Positions 1 through 7,539 of a DNA stretch of 42,918 nucleotides are shown piece after piece. The stretch lies in assembly GCA_025726505.1 (NCBI GenBank), contig GCA_025726505.1_4340.1. One strand, 5' to 3'. The translations under genes and the position numbers were made by a program. Position 1 is the stretch's first letter; each line of letters starts with the position of its first letter. The notes beneath the pieces were generated by a model. That model saw only the letters and a list, made by a program, of their open reading frames with translations. It was not told the origin of the DNA and ran no database searches. The stretch comes from a phage.

Positions 1-32
1 AAAAAAAAAATCCCGGCTGGGTCAGGGCCGGG
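1..32 (-). terminator. Rho-independent terminator ending the leftward early/lysis operon
   Basis: Stem CCCGGC (12-17) / GCCGGG (27-32) followed on the minus strand by a 10-nt U-run (A10 at 1-10 on plus strand), 67 nt after the endolysin stop. Confidence 0.6.
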
Positions 33-98
33 GTGGAACTGGAGAGCAGAGGGATGGAGCAGGAGGTGATTTAAGTATCGTCTGATTACTCTCAGGTG

Positions 99-587
99 TC
101 AACCTTTCACCGCGCGGCCAATAGCCTCTGCCTCCTGCCACGGTTTACCGTCGAACAGCGCCAGTCGCCCGGCGGTACGACGGCGCAGGCCAAGTAATGG
201 TTTGCCGTTCTGATTGATGAACAACGCCAGTTTAGCCCGCAGCGTCGCGATGTCGCCTGAGCGCAGTGCCTTCCCGGTCCCGGTAGTAGCCGCAATCGCA
301 CCAGCACCGGCGTTATACACCAGGTCGCACACAGCGTCGAACTGCGCCTGTGTCAGGGAGTGGTGTGCTGCCGCGTCAACCGCAGCTACGGCCTTAGCCA
401 TATCACGATTCAGTAACAGGAGGCCTTGTCCCGGGGTGATGGTCTTGCCTGGCGTTACGTCTGGCCCATAATGACCGTACCCAATAGTCAGGTACTTCTC
501 ATTTGGCGTAGCACGATACGCAGTTCCGCGGAACCCCTCAAATGCTGCGGTGAAATGCAACCCATCATCTGAAATGTTTCGAGACAC
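99..587 (-). CDS. Endolysin, GH24 (T4/P22-type) lysozyme
   Basis: Translation carries the phage lysozyme core AAFEGFRGTAYRATPNEKYLTIGYGHYG and aligns by eye with P22 gp19; ORF track 99-638 trimmed to in-frame GTG at 587 preceded by GGAGGA (595-600). Confidence 0.85.
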   Translation of the reverse strand: MSRNISDDGLHFTAAFEGFRGTAYRATPNEKYLTIGYGHYGPDVTPGKTITPGQGLLLLNRDMAKAVAAVDAAAHHSLTQAQFDAVCDLVYNAGAGAIAATTGTGKALRSGDIATLRAKLALFINQNGKPLLGLRRRTAGRLALFDGKPWQEAEAIGRAVKG

Positions 588-837
588 GCTTATGTCCTCC
601 GTATGACAGCCACGCCTGACGAATCTGGCGCAGCGCAACTAATGTGATTAACGTCTCAGGCAACGTTGGCGACATGCTGCCTTGTAACAGGTGGATACAT
701 CCGGCGGCGCATACGATAGCGGTCAGGATATAGAGCACCCGACCGAATAGCCCATCGTCCACGCTGGGATGGTACACATTAAACAGCGATGTGCCCCCGA
801 TTGCCAGCATACCGCCGAACCAGAATAACTCATTCAT
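565..837 (-). CDS. Holin-like / antiholin-like membrane protein (2 predicted TM helices)
   Basis: 90-aa product with hydrophobic segments LFWFGGMLAIGGTSLF and VLYILTAIVCAAGCIHLL; ATG at 837 preceded by GAGGAGG; overlaps upstream holin stop and endolysin start. Confidence 0.55.
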   Translation of the reverse strand: MNELFWFGGMLAIGGTSLFNVYHPSVDDGLFGRVLYILTAIVCAAGCIHLLQGSMSPTLPETLITLVALRQIRQAWLSYGGHKRVSKHFR

Positions 838-1138
838 CTGTGCCTCCTCGACGTGCGATGTATTCTCCGGCAACGATACTGGAGAGACGGGAATAGATGG
901 GCATCCAGAGAACGGCGATGATAAAGCCCAGGCCTGCTATTTCACGGTCGCCCGTGATGCCAAACCATTGAGCCGCGAGAGGTGCGCCAAACACGGCGCA
1001 GGTGAAGCCAGTAGCAATAAAGCACAAGCCGTCGATAGGGCCAGAAATAACGGACTTATGTTGTCGTAGCCCGATGACCCCTCCGGCGAATGCGGCAGCG
1101 AGAAGCCACCCCGTCACTGTTTCAGTAAATTTATCCAA
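830..1138 (-). CDS. Holin (3 predicted TM helices)
   Basis: 102-aa product with three hydrophobic segments and charged C-terminus (ARRGGTDE); TTG start with GGAGG 7 nt upstream; sits directly upstream of second membrane protein and endolysin. Confidence 0.6.
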   Translation of the reverse strand: MDKFTETVTGWLLAAAFAGGVIGLRQHKSVISGPIDGLCFIATGFTCAVFGAPLAAQWFGITGDREIAGLGFIIAVLWMPIYSRLSSIVAGEYIARRGGTDE

Positions 1139-1197
1139 GATGAATCCTCCAGGTGCGTATTAAGTATGCAGTAACTGGAGGATAGCACGGTTAGGAA

Positions 1198-1638
1198 TTA
1201 TCCTAATAGTTGTTTGGTAATAATATTGCCGCCGGTGTTGGTGTCGAACTTCGATGCAACGACTACGCCACCATGTGCTGTACTACCTAAATACATAGCA
1301 GCCAGCGCATAAGGCGCGCCGGAACCTACAGCGGCAAAGCCGTCTGCAACCGCAATAACCGAACTAAGGGCACAATCCCATGATTTATAAAATGCGACTT
1401 TATACACCTTTTCTGCGTCTTTCATGTACACCAGGGCTTCGAAATCGAAGTCATAATGTCTGGGCTGTAGGATATACGGGCAGTCTATAAGCATAGTGCC
1501 AACTCCGGCGTCACCCGCTACCCCAATAGCAACAAATTCGTTCTCGTATATCTTTGTGTCTGTGTTGTAGTAGTTACTTCCGCACACAACACGGGTGTCG
1601 CAGGCCATTGTCTTTCCATCAAATGCAATAGTAGTCAT
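1198..1638 (-). CDS. HslV/proteasome-beta-like N-terminal-nucleophile hydrolase (putative protease)
   Basis: 146-aa product begins MTTIAFDG (Thr right after Met) and contains AVGSGAPYALAA, matching the HslV pattern MTTIVSV...IGSGGPYAQAA recalled from E. coli; ATG 1638 with GGAG RBS; ATGA overlap with upstream gene. Confidence 0.55.
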   Translation of the reverse strand: MTTIAFDGKTMACDTRVVCGSNYYNTDTKIYENEFVAIGVAGDAGVGTMLIDCPYILQPRHYDFDFEALVYMKDAEKVYKVAFYKSWDCALSSVIAVADGFAAVGSGAPYALAAMYLGSTAHGGVVVASKFDTNTGGNIITKQLLG

Positions 1639-1973
1639 TTATGTCTCCAGATGTATTGTCGTCTCTGTGGTTTAGTCGGGATATCTTCATATCCCAGCGA
1701 TTTCCAGTAATTAAATAGTCGATTAGCGATAGCTGCACGTTCCTGTGTTTTGAACTCACCGAGGTTCACGGCCTTCCCGTTCTGGAATCCACAGGCGCGG
1801 ACCGCTTTGCGTCTGGCCTGAATCTCGGGGTACAGTGCATTACGGCGTCGCTTATGAATGCGGGTCTTCGCTCTCGGTGACAGCGGCGCAAGGCCGCTTC
1901 GTTTCAGGATGTCAGTTGCGAGGCTTATATTCCGAGAATCTCGCGGGCCATTTCTTCTGTAACTTTCGAACAA
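1635..1973 (-). CDS. Hypothetical Arg/Lys-rich protein (possible nucleic-acid binding)
   Basis: 112-aa basic ORF; only in-frame start is TTG at 1973, 49 nt inside the upstream gene; stop overlaps the HslV-like start. Confidence 0.4.
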   Translation of the reverse strand: MFESYRRNGPRDSRNISLATDILKRSGLAPLSPRAKTRIHKRRRNALYPEIQARRKAVRACGFQNGKAVNLGEFKTQERAAIANRLFNYWKSLGYEDIPTKPQRRQYIWRHK

Positions 1974-2122
1974 GGTTCGTACATTACCTGTTCAGCGAAT
2001 TCTCGTAACTTTGCTTCGAGTTTCAAATAAGCGTCGTATTCCACATAATCTCCGTATGCATACTCAACCATCTCGGGCTCCGGCAGACCCCACGCGTTTA
2101 CCTCGTATCTCTGTACCGTCAC
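1925..2122 (-). CDS. Hypothetical small protein, paralog B of a tandem pair
   Basis: Probable GTG start at 2122 with GGGAGGGG RBS (track ORF extends to 2164); shares VQRY...Y(V/L)KLEA(K/E)L core with the adjacent gene. Confidence 0.5.
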   Translation of the reverse strand: MTVQRYEVNAWGLPEPEMVEYAYGDYVEYDAYLKLEAKLREFAEQVMYEPCSKVTEEMAREILGI

Positions 2123-2295
2123 TCCACCCCTCCCACATGTGTAACTGACCCACAGTTCGCGCACTCGACGTAATCCGGGAACTGGTCTTTGTATTTCTGT
2201 AACTCAGCTTCTAGCTTCACGTAGTCTTCGTATTTAACGTATCCACCGTCAGCGTCCGCTACACAAAACCCGTTATTAGAATATCTCTGTACCAT
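2119..2295 (-). CDS. Hypothetical small protein, paralog A of a tandem pair
   Basis: Probable ATG start at 2295 (track ORF extends to 2301); MVQRY...YVKLEAELQKY plus C-terminal CANCG motif. Confidence 0.5.
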   Translation of the reverse strand: MVQRYSNNGFCVADADGGYVKYEDYVKLEAELQKYKDQFPDYVECANCGSVTHVGGVE

Positions 2296-2297
2296 AA

Positions 2298-2501
2298 TCA
2301 CTTCTCATGTTTACCAAGTCGCTTAGGTGAGCAGATAGCGCGTACCTCTGAATCTATGGGCTTGTCACCCTGGAACAGGAAGTGCGCGTTCTCTGCGGCG
2401 CGTGCCGCTGACTGGCACGCCTCCATCGAGTAAAACGTTTCTGCTGCCGCTAGTTGCATCTGGCCTGTGTACAGTACCCAGATAAAGAGGATGCTGGTCA
2501 T
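2298..2501 (-). CDS. Hypothetical small protein with hydrophobic N-terminus (signal peptide or membrane anchor)
   Basis: 67-aa product from ATG 2501 (ATGA overlap with upstream stop); N-terminus MTSILFIWVLYTGQMQLAAA. Confidence 0.5.
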   Translation of the reverse strand: MTSILFIWVLYTGQMQLAAAETFYSMEACQSAARAAENAHFLFQGDKPIDSEVRAICSPKRLGKHEK

Positions 2502-3034
2502 TCGTAGTGAACCTCTTTTTCTTCTCCGCAAAGCCGGCACTTATTAGTCTCTACCCCGGCGGAATACTGCACTACCCTCCAATCGTGTTTGCATTCCTGA
2601 GTATCGTTTTTCGGTTTATATGCCTTGTCGTCCCACTCACGTTTACCACATTTAGAGCAAAGCTCACTACCAGGAACGTTGTTCGGATTGCCTTCGCTGA
2701 GAAACAACCCAGGCATAATAATCCAAGAGTGCTCGCATTCCTGAACGTCTTCCTTACGGCAACCGGATTGCTCGGGTCCGTGTTCGCCTACTACGTAGCT
2801 CTTCCATTTAGGCAGTGGGCCGCCGTGGTTGGTTACACGGTCGAAGTCCTCATTCATTAGTTTTATTGTTTCCTGCAACTCAGCCACCAGCGCCGAAGCA
2901 TCACGTAACTGGTTCTTGAGTGACAACACCTCATGGGCCAGGTCTTCGCACTGTTGCTTGTAGGGGTTGTTCGTTAGCTGCTGCCGTAGTTGGTTAAGCA
3001 GGAACTCGATTACTGCGTCGTTGTTACTGTTCAT
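2498..3034 (-). CDS. Coiled-coil protein with two tandem zinc-ribbon-like repeats
   Basis: 178-aa product; N-terminal heptad-like region (LLNQLRQQL, LKNQLRDASALVAELQETIKL); internal repeat QECEHSW...CSKCG and QECKHDW...CRLCG. Confidence 0.7.
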   Translation of the reverse strand: MNSNNDAVIEFLLNQLRQQLTNNPYKQQCEDLAHEVLSLKNQLRDASALVAELQETIKLMNEDFDRVTNHGGPLPKWKSYVVGEHGPEQSGCRKEDVQECEHSWIIMPGLFLSEGNPNNVPGSELCSKCGKREWDDKAYKPKNDTQECKHDWRVVQYSAGVETNKCRLCGEEKEVHYE

Positions 3035-3149
3035 CTTCTACCTCCCCGAAGAACGCGCACGCAGTATCTGCATCGCAAATAATTGGTCTGTCTGTTGTCA
3101 CATATGCCGATTGGCTCTCACCCAAAGTCATTTCGCTGTAATTAATCAT
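3024..3149 (-). CDS. Candidate 41-aa leader micro-ORF
   Basis: ATG 3149 preceded by GAGGAGAGAG; stop overlaps the start of the 2498-3034 gene; below the ORF-track size cutoff. Confidence 0.3.
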   Translation of the reverse strand: MINYSEMTLGESQSAYVTTDRPIICDADTACAFFGEVEDEQ

Positions 3150-3180
3150 CTTCTCTCTCTCCTCTCGCTTCGATAACTGA

Positions 3181-3209
3181 ATAGTATTCTATTATATCTG
3201 TGTGTGCAA
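3181..3209 (-). promoter_or_regulatory. Promoter-like element copy A (TTGCAC-N17-TACTAT with internal AATAG-N4-CTATT)
   Basis: Minus strand reads TTGCAC (3209-3204), 17-nt spacer, TACTAT (3186-3181); near-identical to copies at 4359-4387, 25820-25848 and 35100-35128. Confidence 0.5.
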
Positions 3210-3402
3210 GTAAATTTTATTGGTGTTTAGTGTCGCTAATTAACGACAGTTTCGTTGTTGCGATTTCCGCAAGAATCAGCGCCACTGTTGCGTTTCGTGA
3301 AAGTGTCGCCTTTTGACGACACTAAGCTAAAGTTGTACGCTGCTGTGTAGCAGCGTAAGTCACTCAGTCAATTAGTAACCTTTTGACCTGTTACACCACC
3401 TG

Positions 3403-3591
3403 TTATACCGGCGAGGGCGGCTCTGGTAACGGCATCCAGTGAGTAATATCACCGTGATATAAACTCTTTGCGGGACCCCAGTAGCCATCTGAATTAACCC
3501 GCATAACCTCACAGCCGACAAAACCATCAGTTACAAGAACGTATTCGTAAGGCTCCGGCATCCGCTCACTACACTTAATCCACTCGCTCAT
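3403..3591 (-). CDS. DUF551-like phage protein
   Basis: 62-aa product ends ...GDITHWMPLPEPPSPV, the characteristic DUF551 motif as recalled. Confidence 0.75.
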   Translation of the reverse strand: MSEWIKCSERMPEPYEYVLVTDGFVGCEVMRVNSDGYWGPAKSLYHGDITHWMPLPEPPSPV

Positions 3592-3594
3592 AAA

Positions 3595-3738
3595 TCACCC
3601 CTTATTCATCGCATACTGCACACCAGCTTTCCACGCCCGCCACGCGAGACGCGTCTTAACGTTCAGGTACTCTTTCTTAGAACCCTTGTTAACTGGCAGA
3701 CCCTCGACGATGGCCCACCGTTCAAATGCTTCTCTCAT
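3595..3738 (-). CDS. Candidate 47-aa hypothetical protein
   Basis: ATG 3738 preceded by GAGGA; stop overlaps the start of 3403-3591; below the ORF-track cutoff. Confidence 0.4.
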   Translation of the reverse strand: MREAFERWAIVEGLPVNKGSKKEYLNVKTRLAWRAWKAGVQYAMNKG

Positions 3739-3741
3739 AAC

Positions 3742-3942
3742 TTAGTCCTCAATAGTCACATATTCACGTCTACGCACGTACAGTTCTTCCCCGCAATGCT
3801 CAACTGTACACCCGTAATCGTTATAAGTTATAACCTCGAACTCATCGCCTACTAATACCCCAAAATATCTCAGTGGATGGTCGCAATATCCCGGCGGAAG
3901 AACATAATCAACATCAGTTATACGAATTCTCATTAACGGCAA
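3742..3942 (-). CDS. Hypothetical protein (Cys/His-containing)
   Basis: 66-aa ORF in operon register; CDH...C-x4-HC arrangement. Confidence 0.5.
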   Translation of the reverse strand: MPLMRIRITDVDYVLPPGYCDHPLRYFGVLVGDEFEVITYNDYGCTVEHCGEELYVRRREYVTIED

Positions 3943-4136
3943 CCTCCCTCAGAGTCGTCGGCACTGGCATCATGATTCGATGCCGTTCGTAAGGAGTGCA
4001 GGAGTTTAACCAGCATCTCCGGTGAGGATGTTGAAATTTCTTCACCATCAAGTGTGACAATCGCATATCGTTTAATTGTAAAATTAACTTCTATTAATCT
4101 ATGGTGTTTCAGTTCTTCAAATAATTCTTCCATCAC
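3933..4136 (-). CDS. Hypothetical acidic protein
   Basis: 67-aa ORF overlapping neighbours by 10 and 4 nt. Confidence 0.5.
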   Translation of the reverse strand: MMEELFEELKHHRLIEVNFTIKRYAIVTLDGEEISTSSPEMLVKLLHSLRTASNHDASADDSEGGCR

Positions 4137-4324
4137 TTCGCCCCTTTGAATTTAAAATTGTTGCCGATTAATTCCAGGTTATCGCGAAAGGCGAACCCGT
4201 TTTTCTTTCTCACCAGACCCCATACGTCGACAAGATTATCCTCGTCATACTTATTCTCGTCCTGCAACACTAATACGTATTGTCCGCCGCGTTTTGTTCT
4301 AGCCAACTGACCCTTCTTAAACAT
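4133..4324 (-). CDS. Hypothetical protein, first gene of leftward early operon segment
   Basis: 63-aa ORF, ATG 4324, GAGG-containing leader directly downstream of promoter copy B. Confidence 0.55.
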   Translation of the reverse strand: MFKKGQLARTKRGGQYVLVLQDENKYDEDNLVDVWGLVRKKNGFAFRDNLELIGNNFKFKGAK

Positions 4325-4358
4325 AACCCTCGCTCCTCTGTCTCGTTCCGATAAGTGA

Positions 4359-4387
4359 ATAGTATCCTATTATGTTGGGGTGTGCAA
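4359..4387 (-). promoter_or_regulatory. Promoter-like element copy B (TTGCAC-N17-TACTAT)
   Basis: Minus strand TTGCAC (4387-4382), 17-nt spacer, TACTAT (4364-4359); leader TTATCGGAACGAGA..GAGG resembles the leader after copy A. Confidence 0.5.
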
Positions 4388-4634
4388 GAGAATAGTTACG
4401 TTGCCGTTGTGATTCTTCTGAGAAGGTTGTGCCTTTATTCTTATTACTTGGTAACTAAAGGGCAGGCCTTAAGCCTGCCCAATAATCGTTACATTTTTAC
4501 GGTTGCGAATCTACGGCACTTTAAGAAAATCAGATACTTAAGAGATATGCTGCCGATGAGAATAGAGCTTGCCCAGGGCAACCGGAGATACTAAGGAAGG
4601 AAAGTTACAATAATTCGAATGTTCAGTAAACTTT

Positions 4635-4678
4635 CGCTTAACACTTTGCTTGCGCTGCGCGCAGCTGCGTTTTAAGCG
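4635..4678. repeat. Nested inverted repeat in divergent control region
   Basis: CGCTTAA (4635-4641) pairs with TTAAGCG (4672-4678), enclosing perfect 12-bp palindrome GCTGCGCGCAGC (4654-4665). Confidence 0.6.
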
Positions 4679-4767
4679 GTTTTACAAGGTGAACAGGAAT
4701 CAAAGTAACTAAGATATAGAAGCACCTTAAACGAAGATTTTCATAATGTCAATAGGTGCGATTATGT

Positions 4768-4796
4768 TTGATTTCCCATTATTCTCAATGTATACT
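4768..4796 (+). promoter_or_regulatory. Sigma70-like early rightward promoter
   Basis: TTGATT (4768-4773), 17-nt spacer, TATACT (4791-4796), about 30 nt upstream of the first rightward ORF. Confidence 0.45.
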
Positions 4797-4828
4797 CTGT
4801 TTCGTTAACTGATGATGAGGGTTTGAGA

Positions 4829-4999
4829 ATGACACAGAATGAGGTAGCTGAGCGTATTGGGGTTACTCGCCGCACGCTTAATAACTGGTTAAAGAGTGGG
4901 AAGTTCCCGGATTGTTGTATCCGTATTATGGGTCGCCGGCAGCCTGGTACGTTCGACCCAGAGAAAGTGGAAGCGTGGATTAAGGAGAACGTTAAATGA
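4829..4999 (+). CDS. Small HTH DNA-binding protein (AlpA/excisionase-type fold)
   Basis: 56-aa ORF QNEVAERIGVTRRTLNNWLKSGKFP...FDPEKVEAWI; GAGG RBS; ATGA overlap with next gene; preferred over track ORF 4896-5084 in another frame. Confidence 0.55.
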   Translation: MTQNEVAERIGVTRRTLNNWLKSGKFPDCCIRIMGRRQPGTFDPEKVEAWIKENVK

Positions 5000-5229
5000 C
5001 CGAGTTCCAGTCACGAGTATTTACGGCGGTCGTTTCGTTAACCCGCAAAAAAGGGTCGTGCAGCGTTATGGACTTGCGCCGTAGTTATTTTAGGTACTAT
5101 AGTTCAGCCATTATTGAAGGGTCGTTGAAAGTGCTGGTTAAATCCGGTGTCGTGAAAAACGTTGGCGGGAAATATAGCGCCGTTGCAGAAGTTCGCGGAA
5201 TGACCGCTACTTTAGAAGACCTGGAATAA
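4996..5229 (+). CDS. Hypothetical protein with C-terminal EDLE tail
   Basis: 77-aa ORF coupled to upstream HTH gene; ends ...TATLEDLE. Confidence 0.6.
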   Translation: MTEFQSRVFTAVVSLTRKKGSCSVMDLRRSYFRYYSSAIIEGSLKVLVKSGVVKNVGGKYSAVAEVRGMTATLEDLE

Positions 5230-5288
5230 AAGAAAGCCCCGACGCGGTGAACGCCGAGGCCAAATTACTCGCTGAAGGAGCATACAAT

Positions 5289-7529
5289 ATGTCCGATGTA
5301 ATTTTATCCTACTCGTGGTCCCGTCGCAACGCGCGGGCAGAGAAAAAGGATATAAACGTCAGTACCACACACACGGCAACACTGGACGACCTGAAAGAGT
5401 TAATCCAGCCGCTCGATGCCGTTCGTCGCGGAATTGACCCGAAGACCGCGCCTGGCTATATCACCGCCGCGTGCGATTCTACGCACAGCACCGTAAAAGA
5501 CCCGGAAACCGGTGACTTTAAACAAGCGCGTAAAGGCTTTTTCTATCGCTGTGATGCGTCTGTAAGCAAATCGTCGCTGGCGTATCTGGACTTCGACAGC
5601 GCAACACCGGAAGAGTATCAGGAAGCGGTGCGCCTGGTTAAGCGCAGCCGCCGGGCGATGTGCCTCTACACCACGGCATCACATACCGAAGAGTCACCGC
5701 GCTTTCGCGTCGTTATGCCACTGGCCTGCCCGGTTGAAGGCGGCGACATCATCCGTGTTCGTCATGGATTGCTCGAGCACTTCTTCAACGGCATGGGCGC
5801 CGACCGCAGCGGGTTCACTCTGTCACAGCCAATGTACCTGCCGCCGGTAGGCTCTACCGTTATCTGGTCTCGCCGCAACGACCTGATTGACCCGGATGAA
5901 TTACTGGAAGGCATCCCCGCCGTTGACGTTAGCAGCGCATCGGATTACCAGATACCGGAAGAGCTGCGCACTGCGTTTACTGATGCGTTTGAGGCACTGG
6001 CGTTCGAGTACGGCGGTGTTATGACGCCCCGCGGACTGAAAATGTCAGCTACGCCGGAACACGCAGAAAACTACAGCGACCCGACGCCACGCCCGGACGA
6101 CTTCCTGTTGTGCTTCCCACGCGAAGGATATGAAGCGCCGAACGTAACCATGATTCACGACACCGACATTACGGCAACCGAAGGCATGTCACCGAAAGAG
6201 GTGTGGAAGTATGCGTGCGATGCGACTGGTCTGCCGTTCAGTGAAGTCGCTGAGGCAATCGGATGGGGCGCGCGTGAATCTGTTTCGTGTAGCCTGGACG
6301 ACCTGGAAGACGATGAGGACTCAGAGGAGGACGAGCTACCGGAACCGGTAAAGGCTGATTTCGTCGTTGAAGGGTACATGCCGTCGGATTGTATATGGGA
6401 TATTGTCGGGGAATCTGGCACGTACAAATCATTCTATACGCTGGGGATGATGTACCTGAGCGCCGCCGGGTACCGGTTTGCGGGGGCAGACACCCAGCGA
6501 TGCTACCACTTCTATATCGACGGCGAGGGTGGCGCAGCCACACGTACACGTATTGACGCGCTCGCGGCTAAATACGGCGTGGAAGGTAAAGATTATGTAC
6601 ATGTCGTCGATATGGGTGAAGTCGGCAAACTTAAAAGCCTGATTAAGCTAATGCGCGAAACTGCTGGCGGCGAGCCAATCGGCATGGTTGCATTCGACAC
6701 CCTTAACCAGACGCTGGCCCTGACGATTGATAAGTTCGACGAGAACAGTTCATCAACAGCAATCGGTATGGGTAAAGTCATCGCCATCCTGAAAGAAGTG
6801 CGTGACGCGACTAAGGCCGCGGTGGGCGTCGTCCACCATACACCGAAGGGTGGAAAGAAAGCCCGTGGTAGTGGCGCGCTGTATGCGGGTGTTGACGTGG
6901 AACTGACAATCGAACGCGCGACCGACCGCCAGATAAACGTATACCACTCGAAATTCAAGCACGGACCTCAACAGAAGACGGTTGGCATGGTGCTGGAGTC
7001 AGTACAGTTCCGTGAAGCCCCACCGCCGAAAGAATACCGTGCTGTTGAGTTCCTCGGTAGCACGGAGGAATACGGCACAATCGTAAACCTCGACCTGCCA
7101 GAACCACATAAGGCACTTGTGTTGATGCCGTGGGGCTTCGAGCCGTTCAAAACTGACGAGGAGAAAGAGCGCGAAGAAGGGCTGACAAAGGAAGGTAAAG
7201 AAAACGTAAAGAATGCTGTGAAACGTGGGAAGGATGAAGGGCGTAAGGAATCAATACTCGCCGCGCTGGAAGACCTGCAACAGTCAGACGACACCGGACG
7301 AGGGTTTACACAACGGCAGATAGTGGCTAATTCTGGCGACCACGCCATCACCAACCATCATCTCGAGAAGATGCTGAAAGACGGCGAGTTGATGTTAGGG
7401 TGCGATGTTAACGGTGAAGTTATGCCTGGCACATACCGGATACCTGAAAAGATGGGCGACAGATTAAGGCCGAAGACAATATACGAACCGAATGAAATGC
7501 TGGTGGTGACAGAGGAGGATTTGGAATAG
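5289..7529 (+). CDS. Bifunctional primase-helicase (AEP/PrimPol-like N-terminus + P-loop NTPase C-terminus)
   Basis: N-terminal DxD (LAYLDFDSA) and SxH (TASHTEESPRF) primase-like motifs; acidic linker DDLEDDEDSEEDE; Walker A-like VGESGTYKS and Walker B-like MVAFDTL; start moved to ATG 5289 with GAAGGAG RBS (track GTG 5247). Confidence 0.8.
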   Translation: MSDVILSYSWSRRNARAEKKDINVSTTHTATLDDLKELIQPLDAVRRGIDPKTAPGYITAACDSTHSTVKDPETGDFKQARKGFFYRCDASVSKSSLAYLDFDSATPEEYQEAVRLVKRSRRAMCLYTTASHTEESPRFRVVMPLACPVEGGDIIRVRHGLLEHFFNGMGADRSGFTLSQPMYLPPVGSTVIWSRRNDLIDPDELLEGIPAVDVSSASDYQIPEELRTAFTDAFEALAFEYGGVMTPRGLKMSATPEHAENYSDPTPRPDDFLLCFPREGYEAPNVTMIHDTDITATEGMSPKEVWKYACDATGLPFSEVAEAIGWGARESVSCSLDDLEDDEDSEEDELPEPVKADFVVEGYMPSDCIWDIVGESGTYKSFYTLGMMYLSAAGYRFAGADTQRCYHFYIDGEGGAATRTRIDALAAKYGVEGKDYVHVVDMGEVGKLKSLIKLMRETAGGEPIGMVAFDTLNQTLALTIDKFDENSSSTAIGMGKVIAILKEVRDATKAAVGVVHHTPKGGKKARGSGALYAGVDVELTIERATDRQINVYHSKFKHGPQQKTVGMVLESVQFREAPPPKEYRAVEFLGSTEEYGTIVNLDLPEPHKALVLMPWGFEPFKTDEEKEREEGLTKEGKENVKNAVKRGKDEGRKESILAALEDLQQSDDTGRGFTQRQIVANSGDHAITNHHLEKMLKDGELMLGCDVNGEVMPGTYRIPEKMGDRLRPKTIYEPNEMLVVTEEDLE

Positions 7530-7539
7530 GTAGAAAGAA

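Noticed and set aside
1-10. A10 homopolymer at the window edge as a possible poly(A) or assembly artefact
   Set aside because: It is the U-run of a canonical terminator hairpin on the minus strand, directly after the endolysin gene.
4896-5084. 62-aa plus-strand ORF from the track
   Set aside because: Overlaps in another frame the better-supported HTH ORF (4829-4999, with RBS and ATGA coupling) and the following 4996-5229 gene; GTG start without RBS.
5247-5288. GTG start of the primase-helicase given by the ORF track
   Set aside because: No Shine-Dalgarno upstream, whereas the in-frame ATG at 5289 is preceded by GAAGGAG at ideal spacing.
6155-7354. Several minus-strand ORFs of 72-128 aa
   Set aside because: All lie inside the primase-helicase gene on the opposite strand; Ser/Arg/Pro-rich products; no coupling to neighbouring minus-strand genes.
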